A stretch of 60,877 nt of DNA from an uncultured Pelagibacteraceae bacterium (lineage in GTDB: Bacteria > Pseudomonadota > Alphaproteobacteria > Pelagibacterales > Pelagibacteraceae). Positions 10,525 to 18,423 of the stretch are shown here, piece after piece. The first letter of the stretch is position 1. The number at the start of each line of letters is the position of its first letter. The position numbers were made by a program, and so were the translations under genes. Under the pieces are notes generated by a model. It was not told where the DNA came from and did not search any database. It worked only from the letters and a program-made list of their open reading frames with translations. The stretch lies in the NCBI GenBank assembly GCA_902603045.1, contig CACKTH010000001.1, positions 1-60,877 of the forward strand, read 5' to 3'.

Positions 10525-11468
10525 TGTCTTTAAATAAAGATCTGATTAATAAACTTGTAAAAGTTACTTCTAGAGCTGCAATAAATTGTTATCGATTTCT
10601 TGGTAAAGAAAATAAAAAAATAGCTGACAAAGCGGCAACGGATTCAATGAGAAATGATTTGAATAATTTAGAAATTAATGGAGAAGTAGTGATAGGTGAG
10701 GGTGAACTGGATGAAGCACCAATGTTATATATAGGCGAAAAACTGGGAAAAGGTAATGGACCAAACATAGATATAGCGGTTGATCCTCTTGAAGGAACAA
10801 ATTTTGTTGCAAAAAATATTCCAGGGGCCATATCAGTATTAGCAATTTCAGAAAAAGGAAATTTATTTAATGCTCCAGAAACCTATATGAATAAAATTGC
10901 AGTAGGTAAAGATGTTCCATTTGATGCAACAGACTTAGATTATCCTATAAAAAAAAATATTTCTAATATTGCAGAAGCCAAAAACAAAAAAATTAATGAA
11001 TTAACAGTATGTATGCTTGATAGACCAAGACATAAAGAGATTATAGAAGAATTAAAATCTTTAAAAGTAAATTTAAAATTAATTTCAGATGGTGATATTT
11101 GCGGCGCTCTCTTGGTTACTAATAATAAGTATAATATAGACTTATTTTTAGGTATTGGAGGGGGTCCCGAAGGAGTAATCTCCGCTGCAGCTTTGGATGC
11201 TTATGGTTGTAAATTTCAGGGAAGATTTTTATTTGAAACTGATCGAGATAAAGCAAGAGCTAAAAAAATGGGCATATCTGACTTAAATAAAAAATATGAA
11301 TTAAATGAAATAGTTAAAGGCGATAGTATTTTTTGTGCGACAGGTATTACCAGTACTGAAATGGTGGCTGCTATAAAAAAAGAAAATACAAAATTTATTA
11401 CTGAAACTCTTGTCACACACAAAGAATCTTCCATAGAAATTATAAAAAGTGAGGAAGCTATAGCTTGA
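10524..11468 (+). CDS. glpX: Class II fructose-1,6-bisphosphatase
   Basis: VIGEGE.DEAPML, DPLEGT, DRPRH, GGGPEGV. Confidence 0.95.
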   Translation: MSLNKDLINKLVKVTSRAAINCYRFLGKENKKIADKAATDSMRNDLNNLEINGEVVIGEGELDEAPMLYIGEKLGKGNGPNIDIAVDPLEGTNFVAKNIPGAISVLAISEKGNLFNAPETYMNKIAVGKDVPFDATDLDYPIKKNISNIAEAKNKKINELTVCMLDRPRHKEIIEELKSLKVNLKLISDGDICGALLVTNNKYNIDLFLGIGGGPEGVISAAALDAYGCKFQGRFLFETDRDKARAKKMGISDLNKKYELNEIVKGDSIFCATGITSTEMVAAIKKENTKFITETLVTHKESSIEIIKSEEAIA

Positions 11469-11503
11469 TTATTTTTAATAATTGCAATAGAAACTCCATC
11501 ATT

Positions 11504-11578
11504 GGTCCCTTCGTCTATCGGTTAGGACACATGGTTTTCATCCATGAAAGAGGGGTTCGATTCCCCTAGGGACCGCCA
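11504..11578 (+). tRNA. tRNA-Glu(TTC)
   Basis: GGTCCCT/AGGGACC acceptor stem, anticodon arm CATGG-TT-TTC-AT-CCATG, GGTTCGATTCC, encoded CCA. Confidence 0.97.
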
Positions 11579-11580
11579 TA

Positions 11581-11832
11581 ATGAAATACTTTGTTTATTT
11601 AATCATATCCAAAAATAAACAAAAATATCTTAGCTACGTCGGGTATACTAATAATTTAAAGAAAAGATTGGCAAAACATAATGCTTCTAAAGGAGCAAAA
11701 TTTACTAGAGGTAGAAAATGGATATTAGCCTATAGTATGAGTTATGATTCAAAATCTAAGGCCATGAGTGAGGAATACAAACTTAAAAAAAACTATAAAC
11801 TTAGAAATAAAATAAAATCTAATTATTTATAA
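11581..11832 (+). CDS. Stand-alone GIY-YIG nuclease (UPF0213/YhbQ-like)
   Basis: YFVY...YVGYT..L.KR..HN..KGAKFTR...A...E..LK. Confidence 0.88.
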   Translation: MKYFVYLIISKNKQKYLSYVGYTNNLKKRLAKHNASKGAKFTRGRKWILAYSMSYDSKSKAMSEEYKLKKNYKLRNKIKSNYL

Positions 11833-12870
11833 ATGAAAATCTCAATTCTACTGCCTTATAAAGAAAATTTTACCCCAAGTTATGCAGGCGCAGTCTCCCT
11901 TTTTTTAAATGATACAATCAAACTAAGTAAATATAAAAAAAATATTCAAGTGTATGGAAATACCTCTTTTAAGAAAAAATTATTACCTAATTATACTAAT
12001 TTAAATTTTTCAAAAATATTCTTCAGAAGCAGTAGTAAAGCATATGTAAAAAAATTTCTGGATATTGAAAAAATAAAAAAATCAAATTTAATAGAAATAC
12101 ATAATAGACCAGATTATATAAATTCTATTTATGAGATAAATAATAATATTGTTCTATATTTTCATAATAATCCACTAGAAATTAAATCATCGAAAACGGT
12201 GAAGGAAAGAATTGATATATTTGAAAAAACAAAAAAAATAATATTTAACAGTAATTGGACTTTAAATAAATTTATGAAAGGTTTAAATAAAAAATACAAT
12301 ACGGATAAACTTGAAGTTATTAATCAATCAACTAGTAAAAAAATAATTAATTTTAAAAATAAAAAAAAAATAATTTTATTCGTTGGGAGATTAAATGCCT
12401 CCAAAGGTTATGACTTGTTTGGAAAGGCTATTATAAATGTATTAAATAATAATCCATATTGGAAAGCTGTTGTTATTGGTGATGAACCTAGAGAAAACCA
12501 TATTTTTGAGCACAAAAATTTAAAAATTTTGGGTTTTCAAAAATATAATGCTGTCACAAAATGGTTTGTAAAGTCAGATATTTCAGTTGTTTGCTCTCGA
12601 TGGGACGAACCTTTTGGTAGAACTGCTTTAGAAGCATCAAGTGCAGGATGTGCTGTAATTATCACAGATAAAGGTGGGCTTAATGAGGCATCTCCAAAAG
12701 CTATGAAAATAAAGTCTTTAACAGCTAAAAATATTGAAAATTCAATCGAAAAACTTATTAAAAATGAGTCTTTAAAGAAATCATTACAAAAAACGATTTA
12801 TAAACATTTTTACTTAACGAATAATTATATTTCAAAAAAAATTGATAGATACAGAGAACAGCTTATTTAA
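11833..12870 (+). CDS. Glycosyltransferase family 4
   Basis: ILFVGRL...KG, SRWDEPFGRTALEA (ExFG..xxEA). Confidence 0.9.
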   Translation: MKISILLPYKENFTPSYAGAVSLFLNDTIKLSKYKKNIQVYGNTSFKKKLLPNYTNLNFSKIFFRSSSKAYVKKFLDIEKIKKSNLIEIHNRPDYINSIYEINNNIVLYFHNNPLEIKSSKTVKERIDIFEKTKKIIFNSNWTLNKFMKGLNKKYNTDKLEVINQSTSKKIINFKNKKKIILFVGRLNASKGYDLFGKAIINVLNNNPYWKAVVIGDEPRENHIFEHKNLKILGFQKYNAVTKWFVKSDISVVCSRWDEPFGRTALEASSAGCAVIITDKGGLNEASPKAMKIKSLTAKNIENSIEKLIKNESLKKSLQKTIYKHFYLTNNYISKKIDRYREQLI

Positions 12871-12875
12871 GATTA

Positions 12876-13829
12876 TTATATTTTAATTTTATTTAATGCA
12901 TTATTTTTAAATATATTTGCCTCTCTAATATATCTTCTAACCATCTGAGTTGTTTTATGACCTGTCATAGCCATTATACTTCGCTCATCAGCACCAGAAT
13001 CAGCAGCTACTGTTGCAAAACCCGACCTTAAACTATGACCTGCAAAATTTTTGTTTTCGATACCTGCTAAATTTAAATAGTCTTTCATTAACAAAACTAC
13101 AGATTGGTCAGTTAATCTTTTGTCTGTTAATGATAAACCTTTAGAAAATCTTCTAAAAATAGGTCCAGACTTAATTTTAGAAATTTCTAACCATTTTTTT
13201 AGATTTGTAACAGGACAGTAAATTTTATTATCGAAGTAAGGTAGTCCTTTAGTCATTCCCTCACCGAATTGGTCAGTTTTTGATCTTTTAATAACGATTT
13301 TTAGGCCCTCAGGAACAAATTCTAAATCCTCATGATCAATTGAAATGAGCTCGGCTCTTCTAAAGCCTCCTCCAAAGCCAATTAAGATTATTGATTTATC
13401 TCTAAGTTTTTTTATTTCAAGAGTTTTTTGTTCATTTATTACATTAATAATTGATTTTAAATGATTGATTAATATAGGTTTTTTACCTTTCTGAATACTT
13501 CCTTTGACCCTTCTTATTCCCATTAAATTTTCAACGATAATTGGATGCTTTGTGTCTAGATAATGCCCTTTAAGTTTATGAACCATGCTTATTGATACCA
13601 ATCTACGTCTTAAAGTGCTTATTTTTGAGTTTTTAGATAGATGGGTTAGGTATAAGGAAACTATTTTTGGCTCTGTTGGTAATGAATTTAATCTATGCTT
13701 AGCACAAAAAGCTCCGAAATCTTTAAAGTCAGATTTATAAGCTCTTAACGTATTATTAGCCTTTGAACTTTTAAGGTTATTTAAAGTTGCCTCATGAAGC
13801 GATTTTAGGTCTGTTGTCAGTTCATTCAT
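12876..13829 (-). CDS. Cre-like site-specific tyrosine recombinase
   Basis: N-terminal core-binding domain (NTLRAY..D); full catalytic set R (GFRRAEL), K (RSKTDQ), HxxR (HSLR), H (MTGH), Y (RRY). Confidence 0.93.
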   Translation of the reverse strand: MNELTTDLKSLHEATLNNLKSSKANNTLRAYKSDFKDFGAFCAKHRLNSLPTEPKIVSLYLTHLSKNSKISTLRRRLVSISMVHKLKGHYLDTKHPIIVENLMGIRRVKGSIQKGKKPILINHLKSIINVINEQKTLEIKKLRDKSIILIGFGGGFRRAELISIDHEDLEFVPEGLKIVIKRSKTDQFGEGMTKGLPYFDNKIYCPVTNLKKWLEISKIKSGPIFRRFSKGLSLTDKRLTDQSVVLLMKDYLNLAGIENKNFAGHSLRSGFATVAADSGADERSIMAMTGHKTTQMVRRYIREANIFKNNALNKIKI

Positions 13830-13832
13830 ATA

Positions 13833-13867
13833 ATTACTATTGATAACAATTAATTATCGTTAGTAAT
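13833..13867. other. Candidate recombination site (dif/lox-like): ATTACTATTGATAA-CAATTAA-TTATCGTTAGTAAT
   Basis: 14-bp inverted arms matching at 12/14 positions around an asymmetric 7-bp spacer, 3 bp upstream of the recombinase ATG; ATAA-spacer-TTAT core as in dif-type sites. Confidence 0.7.
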
Positions 13868-13891
13868 ATATCAAGTGATTTTAAATGTCAA
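13863..13891 (-). promoter_or_regulatory. Sigma70-type promoter of the recombinase
   Basis: Minus strand TTGACA (13891-13886), 17 bp, TATTAC (13868-13863); the -10 overlaps the right palindrome arm. Confidence 0.55.
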
Positions 13892-13912
13892 ATGAAATAA
13901 AATAAATACTTA

Positions 13913-14092
13913 ATGACTTTAGATGGAGAAATTCCTACAAGCTATTTTTTAATAATATCTATAGGTTTAACTATACTGAGTTATTTGGTTTACAAAAAAA
14001 ATGGGAAATCTTTAGAAGTATATTTCTTATCTGTTTTAACAATAATTTTCTATTTATCCTATTTTATTCTTATATTTGTTGGACCTAGATAG
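13913..14092 (+). CDS. Small 59-aa two-helix membrane protein, hypothetical (below the ORF-track cutoff)
   Basis: ATG..TAG open frame MTLDGEIPTSYFLIISIGLTILSYLVYKKNGKSLEVYFLSVLTIIFYLSYFILIFVGPR; two hydrophobic segments with a Lys-rich loop. Confidence 0.6.
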   Translation: MTLDGEIPTSYFLIISIGLTILSYLVYKKNGKSLEVYFLSVLTIIFYLSYFILIFVGPR

Positions 14093-14180
14093 TTTATTAA
14101 CGCTATCCACAGCTGTTAAAAACCCATAATTATCAACTATAAAGTGATACTAATATAATTTGCACTGTGATAATCTAGTA

Positions 14181-14373
14181 AATGAATTAAGAGGCAACTC
14201 TTAACTGACCATCTGGGGAAAAATCGAGAGATTCAAGCCCAGAGGGCAGAAAACCACGCAGAGTAGCGCTAAAATTGCGAGGTGGAAGGCATGGCGGTAG
14301 CGCATACAACGACGTGCCAAAAAACTACTGATCTTTGTACCTGAAAAGGTGCAGAGATACAGGGTTTTTTTTT
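14181..14373 (+). ncRNA. Highly structured marine-type ncRNA (IMES-2-like; family assignment from memory, unverified)
   Basis: About 47% GC island with five hairpins: TTAAGAG-GCAA-CTCTTAA; TCTGGG..AATC-GAGA-GATT..CCCAGA; CCACGCA..TGC..GTGG; GGCATG..CGTGCC; ATCTTTGTACCT-GAAA-AGGTGCAGAGAT. Three GNRA tetraloops; ends in a T9 tract. Confidence 0.85.
14328..14373 (+). terminator. Intrinsic terminator closing the structured RNA
   Basis: 12-bp stem (with G-U pairs) capped by GAAA, extended by CTG/CAG, followed by 9 T. Confidence 0.75.
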
Positions 14374-14375
14374 GT

Positions 14376-14651
14376 ATGATCCTTAAAGGTACAAAATTTC
14401 AAATTAAAGTTTGGAAATATTTAAAGACAATTAAAAAAGGTAGTGTTTTAACCTATTCTGACGTTGCAAAGGGTATTAAAAAGCCTAAAGCTGCTAGAGC
14501 TGTAGCTAATGCTATTGGAAAAAACCCATATGCTCCTAAAATACCTTGTCATAGAGTAATCAGGTCTGATGGATCTCTAGGAGGATATTCTGGAAAAGGT
14601 GGTATAAAAACCAAGAAAAAACTGCTCAAATCCGAAGGAATTTTGCTCTAA
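14376..14651 (+). CDS. ogt: Minimal O6-methylguanine-DNA methyltransferase (MGMT family)
   Basis: FQ..VW, TY.DVA, ARAVANA, PCHRV active site. ATG 14376 is preferred; the track start lies inside the RNA hairpin. Confidence 0.9.
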   Translation: MILKGTKFQIKVWKYLKTIKKGSVLTYSDVAKGIKKPKAARAVANAIGKNPYAPKIPCHRVIRSDGSLGGYSGKGGIKTKKKLLKSEGILL

Positions 14652-15180
14652 AAGCTAGCAATATCAACGTTTTTTTTAAATTTAACAACATTTAGTATTA
14701 CAATTTTAAATTCCCCTATTGGTTGCAGCTTATAAATTGATATCTTTAAATTAGCCCTATATTTGGGGCATTAAACGCTATATTCATAAATTGCATTACT
14801 TAGGAAATTATTAAGAAAAATATTTTTTTTTTTATATTTATATCAATTAGTATTAAGAATTTTCCATATCGAATTAAAACTAATTTTTATTATCAATAGA
14901 TTTATTTTAAAATTTCCTCAAAATTGTTGAATTTATTGAATTATTGTCCCCTATCTCATGATCCAATTTTATCGTCTATTTTTTCAATTCAAATAGCTTC
15001 ATATTTATTGATTATTTTTAATTAGCAGCTTTTATTTAATTGAAAATTTAACAATTTTAGTTCATTCTTTTTTATTTTATATAAACATACTTTTTGTTCT
15101 GATATTTAATAAAATATAGTAATTACAATAGTTTACATATGTTAATTAAAGTATTATATTAATATATAGTACATATATAT

Positions 15181-16029
15181 TTACTTATATTTATGATAAT
15201 ATTCCCTTTTAAAAACATATAATCCTGACGAAACAATTATGAAAAGTCCAATAAAAGTATATTTATCAGGAAAATCCGAAAACACATAATACCCTAAAAT
15301 AAGGTTAGTAATTATCTCGAAATAACCAAATGGTGCTAATTTTGAAGCATCAGCATAACGAAGAGATAAAATGATTAATATATGGCCTAAACAGGCAAAT
15401 ATACCCATTAGAGCCATCCAAGACCATTGAATTGGAGTTGGATTAATCCAAACAATAGGAACAAAAAAAGATGCGATAATGGCCCCTACTATGCCCGTAA
15501 TCAGCAATGTGAGTAAAGGACTATCTGTTGAATGTAATTTTCGAGTTATTATCAGATAAAAGCCGTAAAAACAGCCTGTTCCAACAGCTGCTATACTAGC
15601 TAGATTAATCTCTATAATTCCAGGTCTTATGACAACTAAAATACCAAAAAAACCGACCAATACAGCAGTCCACCGTCTATATCCAACTTTTTCGTTAAGT
15701 AAAAATGGAGAAAGAGCAGTTGTGACCAATGGAGCAACGAAAGCCAAGGTTAATGCTTTCGCCATTGAGATTACAGAAATGGAGTAAAAAAAACATATAT
15801 TTGCAAAAAATAAAGACAAACCTCTAATTATTTGTAATTTGATATTTTGAGAAAACTTCAATTGTTCCCTAAAAAATAAAAACATAAAAAAAGTTGTGAA
15901 TACAACTGTAAAAAAATATCTAGCCCACGTTATTTGAAAAAAAGATAAATCCGAAGATAAGTATTTTGCAATTGCATCCATAAAGGGCAAAACCATCCAT
16001 GCGGATAAATTTAAAAATATTGCTTTCAT
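15181..16029 (-). CDS. DMT/EamA family transporter
   Basis: About 10 hydrophobic helices; L.EKVG..RW.AV..GF.G.L.VIRPG; AS.LAPF.Y. Confidence 0.9.
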   Translation of the reverse strand: MKAIFLNLSAWMVLPFMDAIAKYLSSDLSFFQITWARYFFTVVFTTFFMFLFFREQLKFSQNIKLQIIRGLSLFFANICFFYSISVISMAKALTLAFVAPLVTTALSPFLLNEKVGYRRWTAVLVGFFGILVVIRPGIIEINLASIAAVGTGCFYGFYLIITRKLHSTDSPLLTLLITGIVGAIIASFFVPIVWINPTPIQWSWMALMGIFACLGHILIILSLRYADASKLAPFGYFEIITNLILGYYVFSDFPDKYTFIGLFIIVSSGLYVFKREYYHKYK

Positions 16030-16929
16030 TTAAGCGAAATATTTAAGGGCGATAAATACTGTAATTGGAACTGTAACTAATGACATTAAAGTAGAAACAA
16101 CAATTGTGCTGGAAATATTATCTACATTTTTTTTTGGTGAATACATTGAAGCAACCAAATAACATAATATTGCACTAGGCATAGAAGATTGAATTAGTAA
16201 AACTCCAGCTGCAAAACCAGATAAATTAAAAAATTTTATAATAAAAAAACCTACAATTGGACCAAGGATTACTCTACCAATTGATGTTATAATTGAATCT
16301 CTTAAAGAAAATACTTTCATTTGGGTTAAAGCAATACCTAAAGACATTAAAATCATTACAATCATTGCATAAGATAAAAGCATTGTTGTATTAATCACAA
16401 AAACTGGCATTTCTTTGCCGTAGTATAAAAAGATAACGGTCAAAATAATTGTATAGAAGGAAGGACTTTTTGCAATTATTGAGAAATCAAATTTTCGTTT
16501 TGCAAGAAATATATTAGCAGTAAAATGTAAGAGTATTACCAAAGATGATATAGCTGCAGCTACGCCCATTCCCAATTTCCCATAAGCAAAAAGACATATT
16601 GGTATACCCATATTACCTGTATTAGGTAAAAAAAAAGTAGGTAATTCTCTAATATAATCTTTTTTCATAAGAATTAAAAAAACAAGACCAATTAAAGCAA
16701 ATGATGAGAGTAATATTAATGCGTAAATAAAATATTCTGCAAATATATTAAAAGTAACACCTGTAGATGTAAGAGAGAAAATTACTAAAGCTGGAGTTCC
16801 AAAATTTCCAGCATAAGATGTTATAAAGGAAGTATCAAAATTTGGATTTTTTTTTCCTAATAAAAAACCAATTCCAACAATAAAAAATACAGGGAATAGA
16901 ACTTCAAAGAGCTTTAAATAAAGTTCCAT
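16030..16929 (-). CDS. AEC (auxin efflux carrier) family transporter
   Basis: PVF..V..G, PALV, NTGNMGIP, MPSA motifs. Confidence 0.88.
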   Translation of the reverse strand: MELYLKLFEVLFPVFFIVGIGFLLGKKNPNFDTSFITSYAGNFGTPALVIFSLTSTGVTFNIFAEYFIYALILLSSFALIGLVFLILMKKDYIRELPTFFLPNTGNMGIPICLFAYGKLGMGVAAAISSLVILLHFTANIFLAKRKFDFSIIAKSPSFYTIILTVIFLYYGKEMPVFVINTTMLLSYAMIVMILMSLGIALTQMKVFSLRDSIITSIGRVILGPIVGFFIIKFFNLSGFAAGVLLIQSSMPSAILCYLVASMYSPKKNVDNISSTIVVSTLMSLVTVPITVFIALKYFA

Positions 16930-18218
16930 TAAAAAAGTCTTAATAATACTGGGTTTTTAATAATATTTAAATTTGATTTAAAAGATTTAATACATTTCTG
17001 GTAATCCTTTTCATAAGATTTGTGAGTTATAATTACAATAGATGCAGTTTTGTTTTTATTATTTGGTATTTGTATTAATCGTTGTACAGAAATTTTATGT
17101 TTAGCAAATTTATTAGTGATTTCAGATAGAACACCAGGTTTATCTTTAACTTCAAGTCTAATATATAAAGCATTAGAATAATTATCTGTATTATATATTA
17201 AAGGAGATTTTCTTTTATTTTCAGAAATCCCAAAAGGGTATTTGATATTTCCACGTAAAATTGACAAAAGATCAGACATTAAAGCAGACGATGTTGGACC
17301 AGGTCCAGCCCCTTCTCCTTGTAAAACACTCTCCCCTACTGGATTACCTTCAATTATAACGGCATTCATAACACCATTAACATTTGCGATGTAAGTATTT
17401 TTTTTAATTAAACATGGATGAACTCTTTCAAATAATTTATTATTAACAATTTCTGTTATACCCAATAATTTAATTTTATAATTTAATTGATTTGCAATTT
17501 CTAAATCCTTATATTCTATATTTTCAATACCCTCCATTAAACATTTTGAATTTGAAACTTTATTATTAAAAGCTAAAGCAGAAAGAATTTTAACTTTGGC
17601 TAAAGCATCGTAACCATTTAAATCTAATTTTGGATTACCAGGTTCAGCATAACCTAATAGTTGAGCTTTTTTTAATACATTTGAAAAGCCTGACTTAGTT
17701 TCTTCCATTTCAGATAATATATAATTACAAGTACCATTTAATATTCCATATACTTTACTTATCTTATTAGTTGCTAACCCTTCTTTAATAGTTCTTAATA
17801 CTGGGATTCCACCTCCTACTGACGCTTCAAATTCTAAGTTAACTTTATTTTTTTCAGCAAGTTTAGAAAGGTTATTACCGTGTTTAGAAATTAATGCCTT
17901 ATTAGGAGTTACAACATGAATTTTATTCTTAAGTGCAAATTCTACAATTTTTTTAGATATACCATCAGATTGACCAATAGCCTCAATTAAAATATCAATT
18001 TTATTATTTTTAAAAATTTTAAAGGGATCTTTATAAAATATTTTCTTATTAATTCTAAATTTTCTTTTTTTATTAATATTTTTAGCTGAAATTGCAGAAA
18101 CAGAGATAATTTTTCCAGTTTTTTTTAGAATATCTCTTTTTTTTGTATTTAATTCATTATAGAGATAATTACCAATCTGCCCTAATCCAACAATTGCTAT
18201 ATTAAGCTTTTTAGTCAT
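16929..18218 (-). CDS. hom: Homoserine dehydrogenase with ACT domain
   Basis: GLGQIG, EASVGGGIP, GILNGT, GAGPGPTSSA; alternative ATG at 18227. Confidence 0.95.
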   Translation of the reverse strand: MTKKLNIAIVGLGQIGNYLYNELNTKKRDILKKTGKIISVSAISAKNINKKRKFRINKKIFYKDPFKIFKNNKIDILIEAIGQSDGISKKIVEFALKNKIHVVTPNKALISKHGNNLSKLAEKNKVNLEFEASVGGGIPVLRTIKEGLATNKISKVYGILNGTCNYILSEMEETKSGFSNVLKKAQLLGYAEPGNPKLDLNGYDALAKVKILSALAFNNKVSNSKCLMEGIENIEYKDLEIANQLNYKIKLLGITEIVNNKLFERVHPCLIKKNTYIANVNGVMNAVIIEGNPVGESVLQGEGAGPGPTSSALMSDLLSILRGNIKYPFGISENKRKSPLIYNTDNYSNALYIRLEVKDKPGVLSEITNKFAKHKISVQRLIQIPNNKNKTASIVIITHKSYEKDYQKCIKSFKSNLNIIKNPVLLRLF

Positions 18219-18219
18219 A

Positions 18220-18423
18220 TCAATCATCTAAACTTGGAAAACTACTATTTTTTCCATAATTAATAATTTTATTTTTAAAATCCTCGAAAGAAATATTTTT
18301 ATCAATATCTAAATTTGGTTTTTCAACCATATCATCATTTTTTTTCTTTAAAAAAGAACCAAAGTTTTGGTTAGAACAATTATTTATAAATAAAAAAATT
18401 AATAAAATTATCAGTATTTTCAT
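18220..18423 (-). CDS. Small hypothetical lipoprotein
   Basis: MK + hydrophobic core + NNC lipobox-like; ATG overlaps the argC TGA. Confidence 0.65.
   Translation of the reverse strand: MKILIILLIFLFINNCSNQNFGSFLKKKNDDMVEKPNLDIDKNISFEDFKNKIINYGKNSSFPSLDD

Noticed and set aside
14103-14111. DnaA-box-like CTATCCACA, suggesting oriC
   Set aside because: A single 8/9 match with no box cluster, and gene orientation converges here rather than diverging.
14181-14373. Structured RNA as tmRNA, 6S, SRP, RNase P, a known riboswitch or a CRISPR array
   Set aside because: No tRNA-like ends or tag frame, no long 6S-type duplex, no SRP or RNase P consensus, no aptamer consensus I recognise, and no repeat-spacer periodicity.
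14349-14375. GTG start for ogt
   Set aside because: It lies inside the RNA terminator hairpin; ATG 14376 fits the family start.
11504-15180. Integrative island or prophage at tRNA-Glu using the recombinase
   Set aside because: No duplicated tRNA 3' end (only a 9-nt ATTCCCCTA at about 14710), no phage, conjugation or replication genes, and the recombinase is Cre-like with its own adjacent palindrome.
14652-15180. Pseudogene in the AT-rich gap
   Set aside because: The frames I read are stop-rich with no recognisable protein motif; this cannot be supported without blastx.
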